Shown in pieces: positions 50,401 to 62,690 of a stretch of 64,000 nucleotides of DNA. Both the position numbers and the translations under genes were made by a program. This DNA comes from Gonapodya sp. JEL0774 (Eukaryota). How positions within the stretch are numbered: the first letter of the stretch is position 1; every line of letters starts with the position of its first letter. The stretch lies in NCBI GenBank assembly GCA_027604505.1, contig JADIIX010000001.1, positions 248,001 through 312,000 on the forward strand, in the 5' to 3' direction. The notes beneath the pieces were generated by a model. It made no database searches and was not told the DNA's origin. It saw only the letters and a program-made list of their open reading frames with translations.

Positions 50401-53400
50401 TTTGCCCGCCGTGCTTCCCTCCCCTCGCTGTTACTCGAACCATGTGAGCTTGTAGCTTTCCGAGGTCTCACGGGTGGTCTTTCATTGAGATCATCAGTGA
50501 TGGGTTTCAGCGATATTCGTTTGTGAGATGTGGCTGGGTCCACGATTTCTATATTTTCATCCAACATCTCTTGAGCTTGGTCAGGAATGACTCCCGTCTG
50601 GGCTGAAGGACTTCGGTCGACCATCACGAGCTCGGACTCTTGCTCACCAGCCGAGACGTTATCGAGCTGTAGGATCGCGTCACTGTTGTTGGTTGTGTCT
50701 TCGAGTTCTGCATTAAGACAACATAATTGTCGGCAAAGAACCACAAAGTTGGCAATTTCACGCTGCTCAACGGCCTCTCTTCGACTGATTTGGCTTGATT
50801 TGGGGACAACCGTCACGTTTACTTCATTCCGCACACCTCATGCATCCTTGCTACTTTGATGCATTACGAGTGAACACACGTGACATCTTTATGTACGCAC
50901 CATCGGCAAGTCCCAGTAGACGCCTAGTTTCGTCTGGATCAGTGAGAACTACTGCGTGAAACTGAGCGTACAGCCTTAAGACCATCTGTAACAGGTACCC
51001 AAACAACACGCCACATAGAAATGGTTAGCACCTTTTAGTGGTAGCTTGGAACAAGTGCTGACCTTGGACTTTGGGAAACGTTCCAGAAGTCTTTTGTAGT
51101 TGTCATGACAGAGCATCGTAGCAGTGGCAATTGCAGAGAGGTAATTCGGATACAATAAGTAGTCCTTAGAGGTCGTAGCTCGACGGACGTATGTCCAGAA
51201 TGCTTTGAGCTCCATCAACGTTTCAAGATGGTACGCTACAAAATGGGCATAGAAGATCACTTGACATTCCAAATGGTAAAACCACCAGAAAAACCTAGCT
51301 ACCTTTAGCATATTTTTCCTGGCTTCATGTGACAAGAATGACATTTAGCGATTGCAAGATGTCCATAATATTTTTACCGACTCACCTTAAAACCTCCACG
51401 TAGCTTCCGAATCATCAATTTTAAAGATAAGTGAATGATCTCCTCTCGTACAACCATACGTCAAATCCGACCAACTCTCACCTCGAAACATTGAGATCGC
51501 TTTTCATGACCTCCTTACTCTGTTAAAGCAATAAGTGCGAAAAGTGATAATTCGAAATAATTTGAGCAAATTTCAATAGATTACCTTTCGTGACTGCTCA
51601 ATCTCTTTCTCGCAAAGAAAGGCAAGAAAACGAACATCAAATGAAGACTTTAACGAAAACATTTTGAAGACTGGAACATCGTGTGAGATTTCTGTAGAAT
51701 GATTCAAGGTGACCATACAATGGTTACTCACGGATATCCTCCGCTTTTTCGGCATTAGTTTCCTCAGGGTGTATAACCATAGTCGTTTCGGCACCAAACG
51801 CGAGGAGGTACTACGATGTTTCGATTGAGAAAAACTGAGGACAAGTAACCCAAGCGTAGTTCAATTCATACCATTGCCGCTTGAATGTGGACGTATCCGT
51901 CTTTGGGGAACTGTTGAAAAGCCGCCTCATAAAGCTCTCGCATAAGCAACATTGACTTGGGATCTTTGGAGTAGCGAACAAAGCGGCATGCAAGCTGGAG
52001 TTGAAAACGAGCAAAACCATTAGAAACAATCAAAATTTGATGCGCGTCATGGCCAACCTCAACGTCGTTTGGAGAATTGAACATTGGAGGCTCCTCGTTG
52101 ACTCTCTCTGACGTCAGCTTCCCAATACTACCAACAAACCGATCATCAGCCTGTCAGCCTGGCAGTGTGAGAAGTTATGCATTGCGACCCCAGCGTACTT
52201 ATCGGATATCTCTTCCAAGACAGATGTTGGATCCTCGGGCATCTCAAAGAACTTTCCTCTGGTCGACGATGATTTAGGAAGTGCAGCGAAGCTCACTACT
52301 CCTGCATCGCGAGCACGCATCAGCTTCACCCGACTTTGAAACCGATCATAAACTTGTTGAGTGATCCTCTTGAACAAAAGTTTGTTTACAATCGCTCCTG
52401 CAATAAACCCGACGAGGAGTGCCAGGCAGAGAAACACGAAAGGTACGATACTATCAGAGTCCATTGCCTCGGCGAGGATGGCGATAATTGACTGCATCCG
52501 ATCTTGGTCACATTTTGAAATTCATCGGCGATTCTTTGATGGGCACTTACCGAAAGACTGGCAGTCGTGAGAATACCAGCCCTGATTGTTTGCAGTGTTT
52601 CATTATGAAATGGTTGTCTATGCAACACTTCTTTCGTCAAGATAAGGAGACAGGGTACTAGAAATCCCAGTTTGGCAATTGGAAGTTCGACAAATTCCCA
52701 TATGAACACGATGAAGAGCTTAATCGCGATGTACAGGAAGTCTGTTCTACCGTTTGCACGTGTCGTTGTGTTCTTCGAGGACTTTGGGTTTCCGTCGACG
52801 TAGGAGAGAGCCATTAAAAGTGTGTATGGGACGAAAAGTAGGAGACCCATGACTGGAGCAAGAATGTGGATGATCTCATATTGGGAGATCATCTCCGGGG
52901 GAGAGCAGGAACATACCAGCCAGAATGAAAGGAATTAAATGGGCTGCAGTGGAAAAGCATTGAACCTCGGGGTACAGGTATATGCTTCCTTCCTTGCAAT
53001 GGAGAACCGTGATAAGAACCTCCGCGATAGCTAGGAACAGCGGTCAACAACAAGACCGCAAACAATGATAGAGGGAACAAACTCACGTATGTTCAAAATA
53101 CCAACTTAAGATGAGATCACGTCGTGTGTTTCCAAAACGTTTACAACTCGATATTAGTTGGCGTTAGTGCACGTTCTGTGGGAGTACATCTCACCAGCAA
53201 GAAGAGTCCCCGCGCGGAGTAGGTTCAAAGGAAAAATATACTTGAACTTGCCGCTGGAAAATGATACGGCACAGAAAACAATTGTTCCGATGAGTGTTCC
53301 AACTGTGAATTGAATTGTAGGTACAGGGTATGCTTTTCAAGTTCGAGAGCCACACTTCTGTGACCAAATAGGGAGCTCACCAACAAGCATCGCGATGCCA

Positions 53401-54085
53401 AACAAGATTAGGAAGCTGTTGTAAGCAGCTGGACGAAGAATGAGAGGGTTCCAAATGTAGGGAGCCCATGACGGCATGCCAGGGAAGCTGGTGTTTCAAT
53501 TATGTGGATGAGATTTGACAGCTGCTAACGAGAAGAATGACAAACCTGCGACCAGGATGCCAGCAAAAGTAGAGCATTTGCATGTCTTCGAAGAACAAGA
53601 GAGGGAACGCAAGACTTCGCGGTGTTTCGTTGCCTTGCGTCCGACAAAATCAATTGAGAGGGTAAACTTATTACCACCGCCGTGCAGGTAGCTTGTGAGA
53701 CTGTCGCACCTGTAACCATCGAATGCAGGACTTGGAACAGTGTCACCTCGATACGGGACCTGTGAAGGTTGGCCTATATCGCGAGAATAGTGATTCAACA
53801 AGAGCCTTGATCAAAACTCATCTCACGACAAAGATTGGTGTACCAAGCTCATTTATGCTTCACCTTCTCTCGCTCCATCCTCCGCTTTGCTGCCCATGCG
53901 CCACCCTTTCCAGAATGGTCCCCCTTCTGCTCTCGATCGTCATCCACACCCGCCACAAGATCATCTTGATAAAGATTAGCCGAGTAGAGAACTCCTCTGC
54001 GCTCGGCAGAGGATGATTTGTTGGAGATGCCCTTTGATTTCCATGAGAGATCTGCTCCTCCGTCTTGGGAGGACATTTGCGACAT
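47452..54085 (-). CDS. TmcB/TmcC (Dictyostelium tiny macrocyst protein)-like large multi-pass membrane protein
   Basis: N-terminal TM bundle with ANGRTDFLY; helical repeat region YEAAFQQFPK, SFDVRFLAF, LKAFW, NYKRLLERFPKSK, AD|ELED; further TM segments; C-terminal LVNILH|MIPAHAI..LIQSGG. Confidence 0.75.
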
Positions 54086-55075
54086 AACAGTAGTTGGATC
54101 GTCCCTACTGGTTGATCGCAAAGACTGGATGTGAAAGTATTGAAGTCTGATGATAGAGATGGACCAGGGAACAATTATGATTGAAAGGGAGCTTCGCACG
54201 ACCCTGCAAGGCAGAAATGAGCGGTGGCCCACCACACAGCTTTTATGAAGCCCACAAAACGGCACCCACAAACCTGCGAGAGAGACTTTCCTTTTATGTG
54301 TGTGCAATAAAATATACGCATTAAAATAACCTTTGATGGAAGATGTTAAGTGCATTTTGAAGTCACTGAGCTGAACGCTTGGCTATTGATGTATGTGCAC
54401 TATTGTCTATTCCAGAAACTCGACAATTATTATCCGACAAATTCTTGGACAATGGTATGTTTCTTGCGACCTACGCGAGAACGTTCTTCTTTCGCTTGGG
54501 CACTGTGCCCAAACTTCGTTCCCCACGCACAACCTGAAACCTCGAGAAGCATCAAGCGTATCCCAACTCTCCCTCGTAGCGTCGGATTGCTGGTTGCCGA
54601 CTCAAGAAGCACCGGTCTTCTCAACCGGGTTTGCTGCCTGAATTGCTTTAGGTCTTGTCCCAGACTCGCAAACGTAAAAGAATCGTTTATTGGTATATCA
54701 CCCTTTCCCTCCTCATCTCTCGGTAGGATCTTGCTTTTGTGTTTTGGAGATCTCTTGCACCTGTCAATGCAAAACATGATAGTACACATCGTTCGACCTC
54801 ACGCACCAAGTCGACAAAACTATTTGTCACTACGCAACATCCATAGTTATAAAATGTTGTTGAAATTTGTGCGGGATTGACTGAGAAAGACAGTGGACAA
54901 TTTCCGAATGTGTAACTTCATATGTTTCTAAAATAATCTGTTTTAAATGTAAGGTTCTGCCTCACGGTGATTCCTTTCTATGTGTTGCACCAGATGTGGT
55001 AGAGGTGGAGAAAAATGCATGCGATCCGTCGTCTCGCAGATCTAAAAGCAAAATTATACGAGAGGTCACTGTAAG

Positions 55076-57121
55076 TTACTTTTTGGAACGGGAAGAGATT
55101 AAAGACCCACGTCCAGTATCCAACAGCGGGCTCGCTTTCCCATCTCTCCACGCAAGCTCCAGGTCCGCTCTTCGTCCTGCAGCTGCAGAGATGCCAGTGC
55201 CTGATTCAAGATCCCGAGAGTTTGGAATCACTCCACCACCATCATCGTGGCCGTGCTCAAATCGGCCTTCAGACCGGTAGATATCCGACTTGGCTTCCTA
55301 CAGAACAAGCGATGTGAAACAAGCGCACCATCGATCGCATGACATCAGCAAGACATATGAGGTACAGGTTCCGCACCTGGTACATCCAGACTCCCGCGAA
55401 GGTCACGGTGACACCCAAGACTTGCTGCCAGCCAGCAGCCTCACCAGCCCACAGCATACTTCCCACCACAACGACAATACGCTTACCGAGGGAAGCAACT
55501 GAGTACGTAACCGGACTGACAGCACCGAGGAGAATAAACGCCAGTGCGTTCTGCGCAAAATGTGTCACAGCGTTTACGAGCAGAAGCACGTAGAATGAGG
55601 ACTCCCTGGGTATGGACGAGATCGAAGACAGCTCCGAAGTGACGAGCAGGGGAAGCGTGAGAATAGCGGCCAAACTGGACGAATGGAAGAGTAGGTTCCA
55701 TTTGTCGAGTCGAAGTCCATATTCTCCGCTGCTCGCGCTCGATCGGCCTTCAACCGCCGCTGCAGCATTAAATAGCTTCTTGCTCCAGATGTTCTGAGCA
55801 ACGAAAACGAGGGTACTTCCAAAGGCTGCGGTGAGTCCAAAAACGTGTAGAGTCGTTGGCGCTGTGCAGACCAACATGACACCGAGGGTAATGGGGAGGA
55901 GCGAGAGGTACACACGAGGAGGATATGGAATCAAGTAAATGAGACGCAGGGCAAGAACGGTAAAGAGGGGTGAGAGGGCCTTTGATTTTGAGAATTTGTG
56001 GAGAAGGATTGCAGGGGGGGAGGAGGGTTTAGGGTTTGCTTGTCACTTAAGCCGCACTCCGTACAAACTATTCGCTCTGAGAGTATTCTGGGACGCACCT
56101 TCACAGTGTGTACGGTCGCAACTGGGACGTAGCCCAAGGCAGTGCTGTTGGTGACGTGTCCCATCACTTGGAACAGGCTAACCGGCAGGGCCGTTCGAAG
56201 AAGACGCCATCTCTCAGGAGGAGGAAGCACAGTCGAGGAGCGGGGCGAGCGGGAATGTTTGGCGGCTGGGTTAGACGGTAGGTCGGCTTCCGGGACTGAT
56301 CCAAAGCCTAGGCAAAAGGGGAATTGAGGCCACCAGCCCAGGATCGTGGTCCAGCCTAAGAGTCCTTGTACCACAACGGCGGTAAGCACGGCGGTAAGAA
56401 CGAACTGGGCAAGGGTGACAGCGACCGGATGTGGGAAGATGCGGAGGACACCTTTGGTACTATTGGATGTGACTGTGGACGAAGCGTACCACAGACCTAG
56501 CAATGCCACAAAATGGATGTTTGATATATGTCGGGGTGCATGTGGTAAGGTGTGGGTGGTCGCTGATGAATTGGGAGAGAGGCCTTTCTTGGGAATCGAC
56601 ATGCTGGGGTGGATGTGAGCATGCTTGCTGGATAGAGTAGCGGGGGAACCACCATCTGAGGAGGAGGAGGACATGTGAGAGGAAGAAGCGAGCGGGAGAG
56701 AGTTGGTTGAGGAGTCGAGTGGGTACCAGGGTGGGGAGAGGTCACGATCATTCTCCTCGAGAAGTGCAGTTTTGGAAACCGTAGAAGGAACTGCTGTCAC
56801 CGAATGATTTCTCATTAGCTCTACATGAGAGTCAGAACCAATGGTGGAGCCTGGACCGGAAGTCCAGGGTCGCTTCGTGGAGGATTTTGTCTGGGAAGAG
56901 TTGAGCTGTTGCAGTGGAAGACTTTCGTGCACGAACGGTGGCGAGTGGAAATTGTAGTTGATGGTGTTGTGTATGATGAGTGGAGGTTGCTGATGTCCAG
57001 ATGATGGTGGTGAGTAGGGAGGTGGAGGGGATCCGGATTTTTGGCTGGTGATCCCATCAAGTCCTGACTCTCTGTTCTGCCCCGCGCTAGCCACTGTTCC
57101 CAGGATAGTCCGTTCGCTCAT
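55076..57121 (-). CDS. Triose-phosphate/nucleotide-sugar transporter family protein (Sly41/SLC35E1-like)
   Basis: LWYASSTVTSNSTKGVL, FPHPVAVTLAQF, VPVATVHTVK|ALSPLF, VYLSLLPITLGVML, QNIWSKKL, HFAQNALAF..VSPVTYSVASLGKRI. Confidence 0.9.
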
Positions 57122-57910
57122 CTCTGCAGTCCGGATACGCTCAAGAAGTGAAGTATCAGCTTCTTCAAACCTTGGCAGACTTCACCCGTTTCGCTGCCTG
57201 GCCTGCTGATGACAGCGATTGTCAAACGGGCACCTGCAGACGTGCCTCGAATGGCTTAAATGAGACGACTACAGTTCTGTGGGAAGGACTCGAATTGGTG
57301 TGTTAGAGGAGGCCATGCATGAGCACATTATGTGTTTACATCGCGCGTGGTGGTGTGCGAATTAATAATTGTATGAGTGCACTACATTTCGCCCAACGAT
57401 TAGACAACAAAGTCAGGGTTTGGGTCACTGCACGTTGATCCCGTGGATGAGCACCACGTTAACAAATCATTGATACCGTTAGGTTTGGGACTTATATCAT
57501 GTTTCCGACCGTGGGGCAGTTTCGTGAGTTTTGTCGAAACAGAAGCCATCGCTCAGAATACACGGAGCCCAAACGTGCTACAATTCGACAAAACGCCAAA
57601 CATAAAACATGTTACCGTGGTGCAGGAGAACAAACAGGCCACTCTTTGATTGATCCACGCCATAACGGTATATGTGGTAGTACTGAAATTGAACCAAATT
57701 CTGGCATTCCAAGAGGGAGGGAGCTCTCGACACACAAGTTTAGGCTGTCCAGTATTTGCGGTCTTGTTTCCTCGCTGTTGTCTGAGTTGGAATTTGTTTC
57801 CGGTGGGAGTTAGCCCTTGTGCTGTGGGCTCGCGGGGGACACTGGGATTCGAAAAAGTCCCCGCATGTACAATTTTTTGTTCCTGTCGTTCATCAAGAAC
57901 AAAAACTTAA

Positions 57911-59255
57911 ATGACGCAGACCGAGCACATCACGATTCGCCCGCTGGCATCAACCCGGACTTCGGGATCACTCGTCCACGCGACCTTTTCTCCTGTGGGA
58001 TGCACTCTCACGGAGTTGATAATTATCGACCGGGACGGAGTGGAACGTGATGTGGCTCTTGGTTTCGAGACACCAGAGATGCACAGAGCTGCAATGGACG
58101 CACCGGGATGGGGTTACCTCGGAAGCACTGCAGGCAGAGTAGCGAACAGGTGGGTGATCAGTGGTATTGGTTGCAATGAAGCAACTCGGCAAATAATGTT
58201 GAATATGAACTGCTTCCTTCTCTGCCAGGATTGCCGACGCGAAATTTTCTCTGGATGGCTGCAAGTACGTCCTCACTGCGTCCCAACCACCCAACACACT
58301 CCACGGTGGAGGGCCTGACCATGCCTACGACGCGCAGCTGTTCTCGGTCAAATCCTCATCACAGAACTCTATAACCTTCTCGTTGAGAGATTTTCATGAC
58401 ACAGGCAGTGGTGGCTTTCCGGGAACGTTGGATGTTGAGATCGTCATTGAGGCTGACGAGAAAGAGGTGCGGTGGACTTACTTGGCAAACCTGGTGGACG
58501 AACAAACAGAGAAGAAGATTGCAATCGAGCGTGGGAGGAATCCCTCCGAGCCTATCGCACAGAGCACACCCGTTGCTATCGCGAACCACGCCTACCTGAA
58601 TCTCTCTGGCATGGTTGACGAGACGGTGGTCGCTGGGGTGCAAGGATGGCCCGGAGTGACAGGGTCGACAGCTCGAGGTCACGTGGTCTGCTTCCCTTCG
58701 CATGTTGTCAACGGTGTCCTGGAGTTCGACCCGACCAACATTCCTACAGGCAAGGTGGACAGCCTCGTCGGACCAATGGACTTTGGCAATCCACGAGAGT
58801 TGTCGGCTTCTAATATTCCCGGCGACGCCTCTAACCCGGACGTCAGACCGGGCTGGGACAATTACTTCACCGTCGACCCAAAACTCTGTTCCAATGTATG
58901 GCAACGGGATTCTCACAATCTGTCTGACTTCCAAATCAACCACATTGCGACCATATCCTCTCCAACAACGGGCATCTCACTCAGTATCTTAACAACGGAA
59001 CCGGGATTCCAATTTTACACGTCTTCGTGGCTCGATGGAATGCTCCCGACCAAGTACAAACCCACCCAGAGAACCGGAAGGAACAGCTCCAACGACAATA
59101 ACACCTATGGACGGTATTCTGGGTTGGCTATTGAACCCCACCCATATGTAAATGCCGTGAATCACCCCGAGTGGAAAGCTCAGAGTGTGATTACAAGAGG
59201 TGGGAAAGGGTACTCGTCAAAGGTGGTGTGGAACTTTAGCGTCGTAGCGCTGTGA
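57911..59255 (+). CDS. GALM: Aldose 1-epimerase (galactose mutarotase), stand-alone
   Basis: DVALGF, YLGSTAGRVANR|IADAKF, NTLHGG, GFPGTL, NHAYLNL, GWDNYF, TTEPGFQFYTS, GLAIEP; one intron at ~58150-58228. Confidence 0.93.
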
Positions 59256-59401
59256 ATGGGCATTTGGGTCAAATAAATAAAGAGCGGACAGTGGTTTAGT
59301 GTGTGCTCCGATTTTGGTGGGCAATGGATCTCGATGGAAGGGTGCGAGAACAAAATCGGAACACGTCATTTGACACTCCAAACGACGACATTTTCTTATC
59401 A

Positions 59402-62396
59402 ATGAACCCACGCTTTGCCTCCCTTCCCGCCGTGCGCGCAAGTACTGTATCGAATCGCCTTGCTCTCTTGTCCACGTCTGCGATTCCCCCTTTGGCCCGT
59501 CTCAGGACTCTTTCGTCGGGAGCTTTGAAGAGGAACCATCAGAAGGTGAAGCGCGATGACGTTGCTCAACAAAAAGCCGAATTCCGCGCGATTGGAACTC
59601 GAAGACATTATTCGACATCAATGGATGATGCCAAAGAGGATGCGAGTGTCCCAAAAGAACCTGAGGAGAAGCTGATCCTTGAAACGGAGAAGGTCACTGG
59701 TGAGTCGAGAGTAACCCCCGCTGCATACTTTTTCATCCGGATCCGAAGTATAGAAAGAATTGCACGCGAAGTTGAGCTAATCATTTCGATGGGATGATTT
59801 CATCAAACCTCTGGTCGCCGACCCGCAAGGCCCGTCTTCCCACCACGCCTTCCGAGCTGAAACCAAACGCCTCCTTGACATTGTCGCCAAATCTCTCTAC
59901 AGTGATCGTGAAGTTTTCGTCCGCGAGCTCACTTCGAACGCCTCTGACGCCCTCGAGAAACGTCGACATCTTGAGCTCTCGAGTGAAACGGAAATCGACC
60001 CAGATGCTTCCGCCGAGCCGCTAGAGATTCGCATTTCGGTTGATAGGGCGCTTGGGACGTTCATTATTCAGGATACCGGTGTTGGAATGACGCTCGAGGA
60101 GGTGAACGAGAACCTGGGTACGATTGCCCGGAGCGGGACCAAGGAATTCATGGAGAAGCTGGACAAGGCCTCCGTGGAGGGTTCCAAAGGAGTAAGAGAT
60201 AACATTATTGGGCAGTTTGGTGTTGGGTGAGCATGAGATTGTTTTGGTGAACTGTTGTGGCTGGTGGTCCTCACGTGTTTGTCAAAAGGTTCTACTCGTG
60301 TCTGATGGTCTCAGACGAGGTGAAGGTTTACACACGGTCAGCCATCAAAGGTTCCAAGGGTTATTGCTGGTCCACAGACGGGTTTGTACCTTGCACGGTT
60401 GACTCCAGTATATCGTCGTGTTGTTGCTAATAAAAGAATTCTGAAGCTCTGGCTCATACGACGTTGCAGAAGCAGAAGGTGTCGCCGTCGGTACCAAAAT
60501 CATCATGAAGCTCAAGGATGATGCCAAGGAGTTTGCGTCCAAGTACACGGTGGAGGGTGAGAGCTGGAAGATCTCAACGGATGTTGAACGCTGTGCCCGA
60601 ACTTGCCCATCACAAACCGCCAGGCATCTTGAAAAAGTACTCCAACTTTGTCGGCCACACTATCACTCTCAATGGATTTGTGGTAAACACTATAGGAGCG
60701 CTTTGGACCCTCGACAAGTCCTCCATCACCCCGGAACAACACAAAGAATTCTACCGTTTCATCGCCCACGCCTACGACGAGCCGCAATTCCACCTGCACT
60801 ACAAAACAGACTCACCTCTGGCTATTAACGCCCTCTTGTACGTGCCTGAAAGGCACTCCGAGATATTTGGGATGGGGAGGATGGAACCTGGCGTGAACCT
60901 CTACACCCGCAAGGTGCTCATTCAGGCCAAGGCGAAGAAACTCTTACCTGATTGGCTCAGATTTATCCGGGGCGTAGTCGACTCGGAGGACGTGGTGCGT
61001 ACATGTGCTGGACTCAGGGAGACATGTTCGGTTCCAACGCTCCCGCCTCCTTGAAACACACTAGCCCCTCAACATTTCCCGCGAGCACCTCCAAGACAGT
61101 GCGCTCATTTCGAAACTTCGGAACGTGTTGTCATCTAGGATTGTGAAGGTCCGTATCAGGTGGCATTATATCGATCCTCGGAATCCAGCTGAACTCAGAT
61201 CAATCGAATTGATGTAGTTCTTGGATGAAGAGTCACGAAAGAACCCCGAGGCGTACCAAAGTTTCTACAAAGACTTTTCTCTTTTTATCAAGGAAGGAGT
61301 AGCCACTGATACAGCGAACCGGGTGGGTTGATTCAACTTTTCCGTTCTCACGCCGAGGAAACACTGAACTCCTGCTCCCATTCGCACTCTCACGTTACTA
61401 GAGTGATGTCGCTAAGCTTCTCCGTTACGAGACGTCTGCAACCGAAGCTGGCACTCTATCTTCACTCCAAGCCGTTCTCGACCGCCAACCCGACCAGCCC
61501 GCCATTTTCTACACCGTTAGCCCAACGCGCACCCTTGCACTTGACTCGCCATATGTAGAACCTTTTGTCAAAAAGGGTTTCGAGGTGCTCCTTTGCCATG
61601 AGAGTGTAGATGAGTTTGTGATGAACAATTTGGCAGAGTTTGCAGGGAAGAAAATCATTAATGTGGAAAGCAGGGAGGGACAGGACATGATCAAAGATAA
61701 TTCGTCTGAGGGGCTCGAGGAGGGAGAAGGTCTCAAGGGTCTGAACAAGGAGGAGGCGAGAGCGCTGGCTGATTGGATGGATCTAGTTCTGGGAGAGAAG
61801 GTTTCAGAGGTTGACGTGAGTGCTCATAGAGTTCAGTACGACACGTTATCAATGCCTCACAGTTGTATCACCTTTCCATCATTTTGGTAGCCATCTCCTC
61901 GGCCGATGACGGTGCCCGCTCTCATAGTGGACCACGATTCCGCAGTGCTACGCCGTTTAATGCAAATGGTACCTGATTCTCTATGACATTGCTCCCTCTT
62001 TTGAAAACCTGTGTGCCGACCTTCCGTCCTTTTTGGCCCTTTGCAGGCCCCCGGTTCGCCAGCCCGTGACCTTCCCTTGCCACCCCAGAAGCTCCACATT
62101 GACCCACGGAACTCAATTATTGTCGGACTTAACCGGCTCCGCCTGGAAAACGAGGATAGGGCCAAGGTCGTTGCGGAGCAGATTGGGGACAATGCTCTGG
62201 TAGCCGCAGGTTAGTGAATACCATCGATCAAAATGATCTTGTAACCGTCTTTGACCATTTTCATTTGTTACGGTCGTCCTAAGGCCTGCTCGATGATCCA
62301 CGTTCAATGCTGAAACGTCTCAATTCGCTGCTCGAGATGGTGGTCCTACCCTCAGAATCAGAGGCGGAGTTCAAGGATATAAAAAAGGAGGATTAA
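59402..62396 (+). CDS. TRAP1: Mitochondrial Hsp90 (TRAP1/Hsp75)
   Basis: Arg/Ser/Leu-rich presequence; [100 protein letters not shown]. No charged linker and no MEEVD/KDEL terminus. Confidence 0.93.
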
Positions 62397-62690
62397 AAGA
62401 GAAAAGTTCGTCATGCATCCATCGCACAGTAAATTTCACATGAGGAACCGACGAATGTGCGGACTGAAAAAAAGTACAATTATTGTTATACAGCAAAAGA
62501 ATGGTCTGAATGTCCGCAATCGAAGCAACAACGTCTCACGATGACTCGAATATTTTAGTGCGGGCAAGAAGTGCAAAGGTGAGTTCGGAAGAGTGTAAGG
62601 CCACAGCCATGGGCTTCAACCCCAACCAATATAAACTACCAATTTCTTCTGCCTCTCCTGCTTTACTCGACGACCAAGTCAATCAGCCCC

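Noticed and set aside
50708..50900. Apparent stops and frame break in the TmcB-like gene
   Set aside because: Resolved by one ~190-nt phase-1 intron giving AD|ELED
55076..59255. Transporter plus mutarotase as a possible GAL-type sugar cluster
   Set aside because: No galactokinase, uridylyltransferase or UDP-epimerase nearby; the transporter is a housekeeping Sly41-like type
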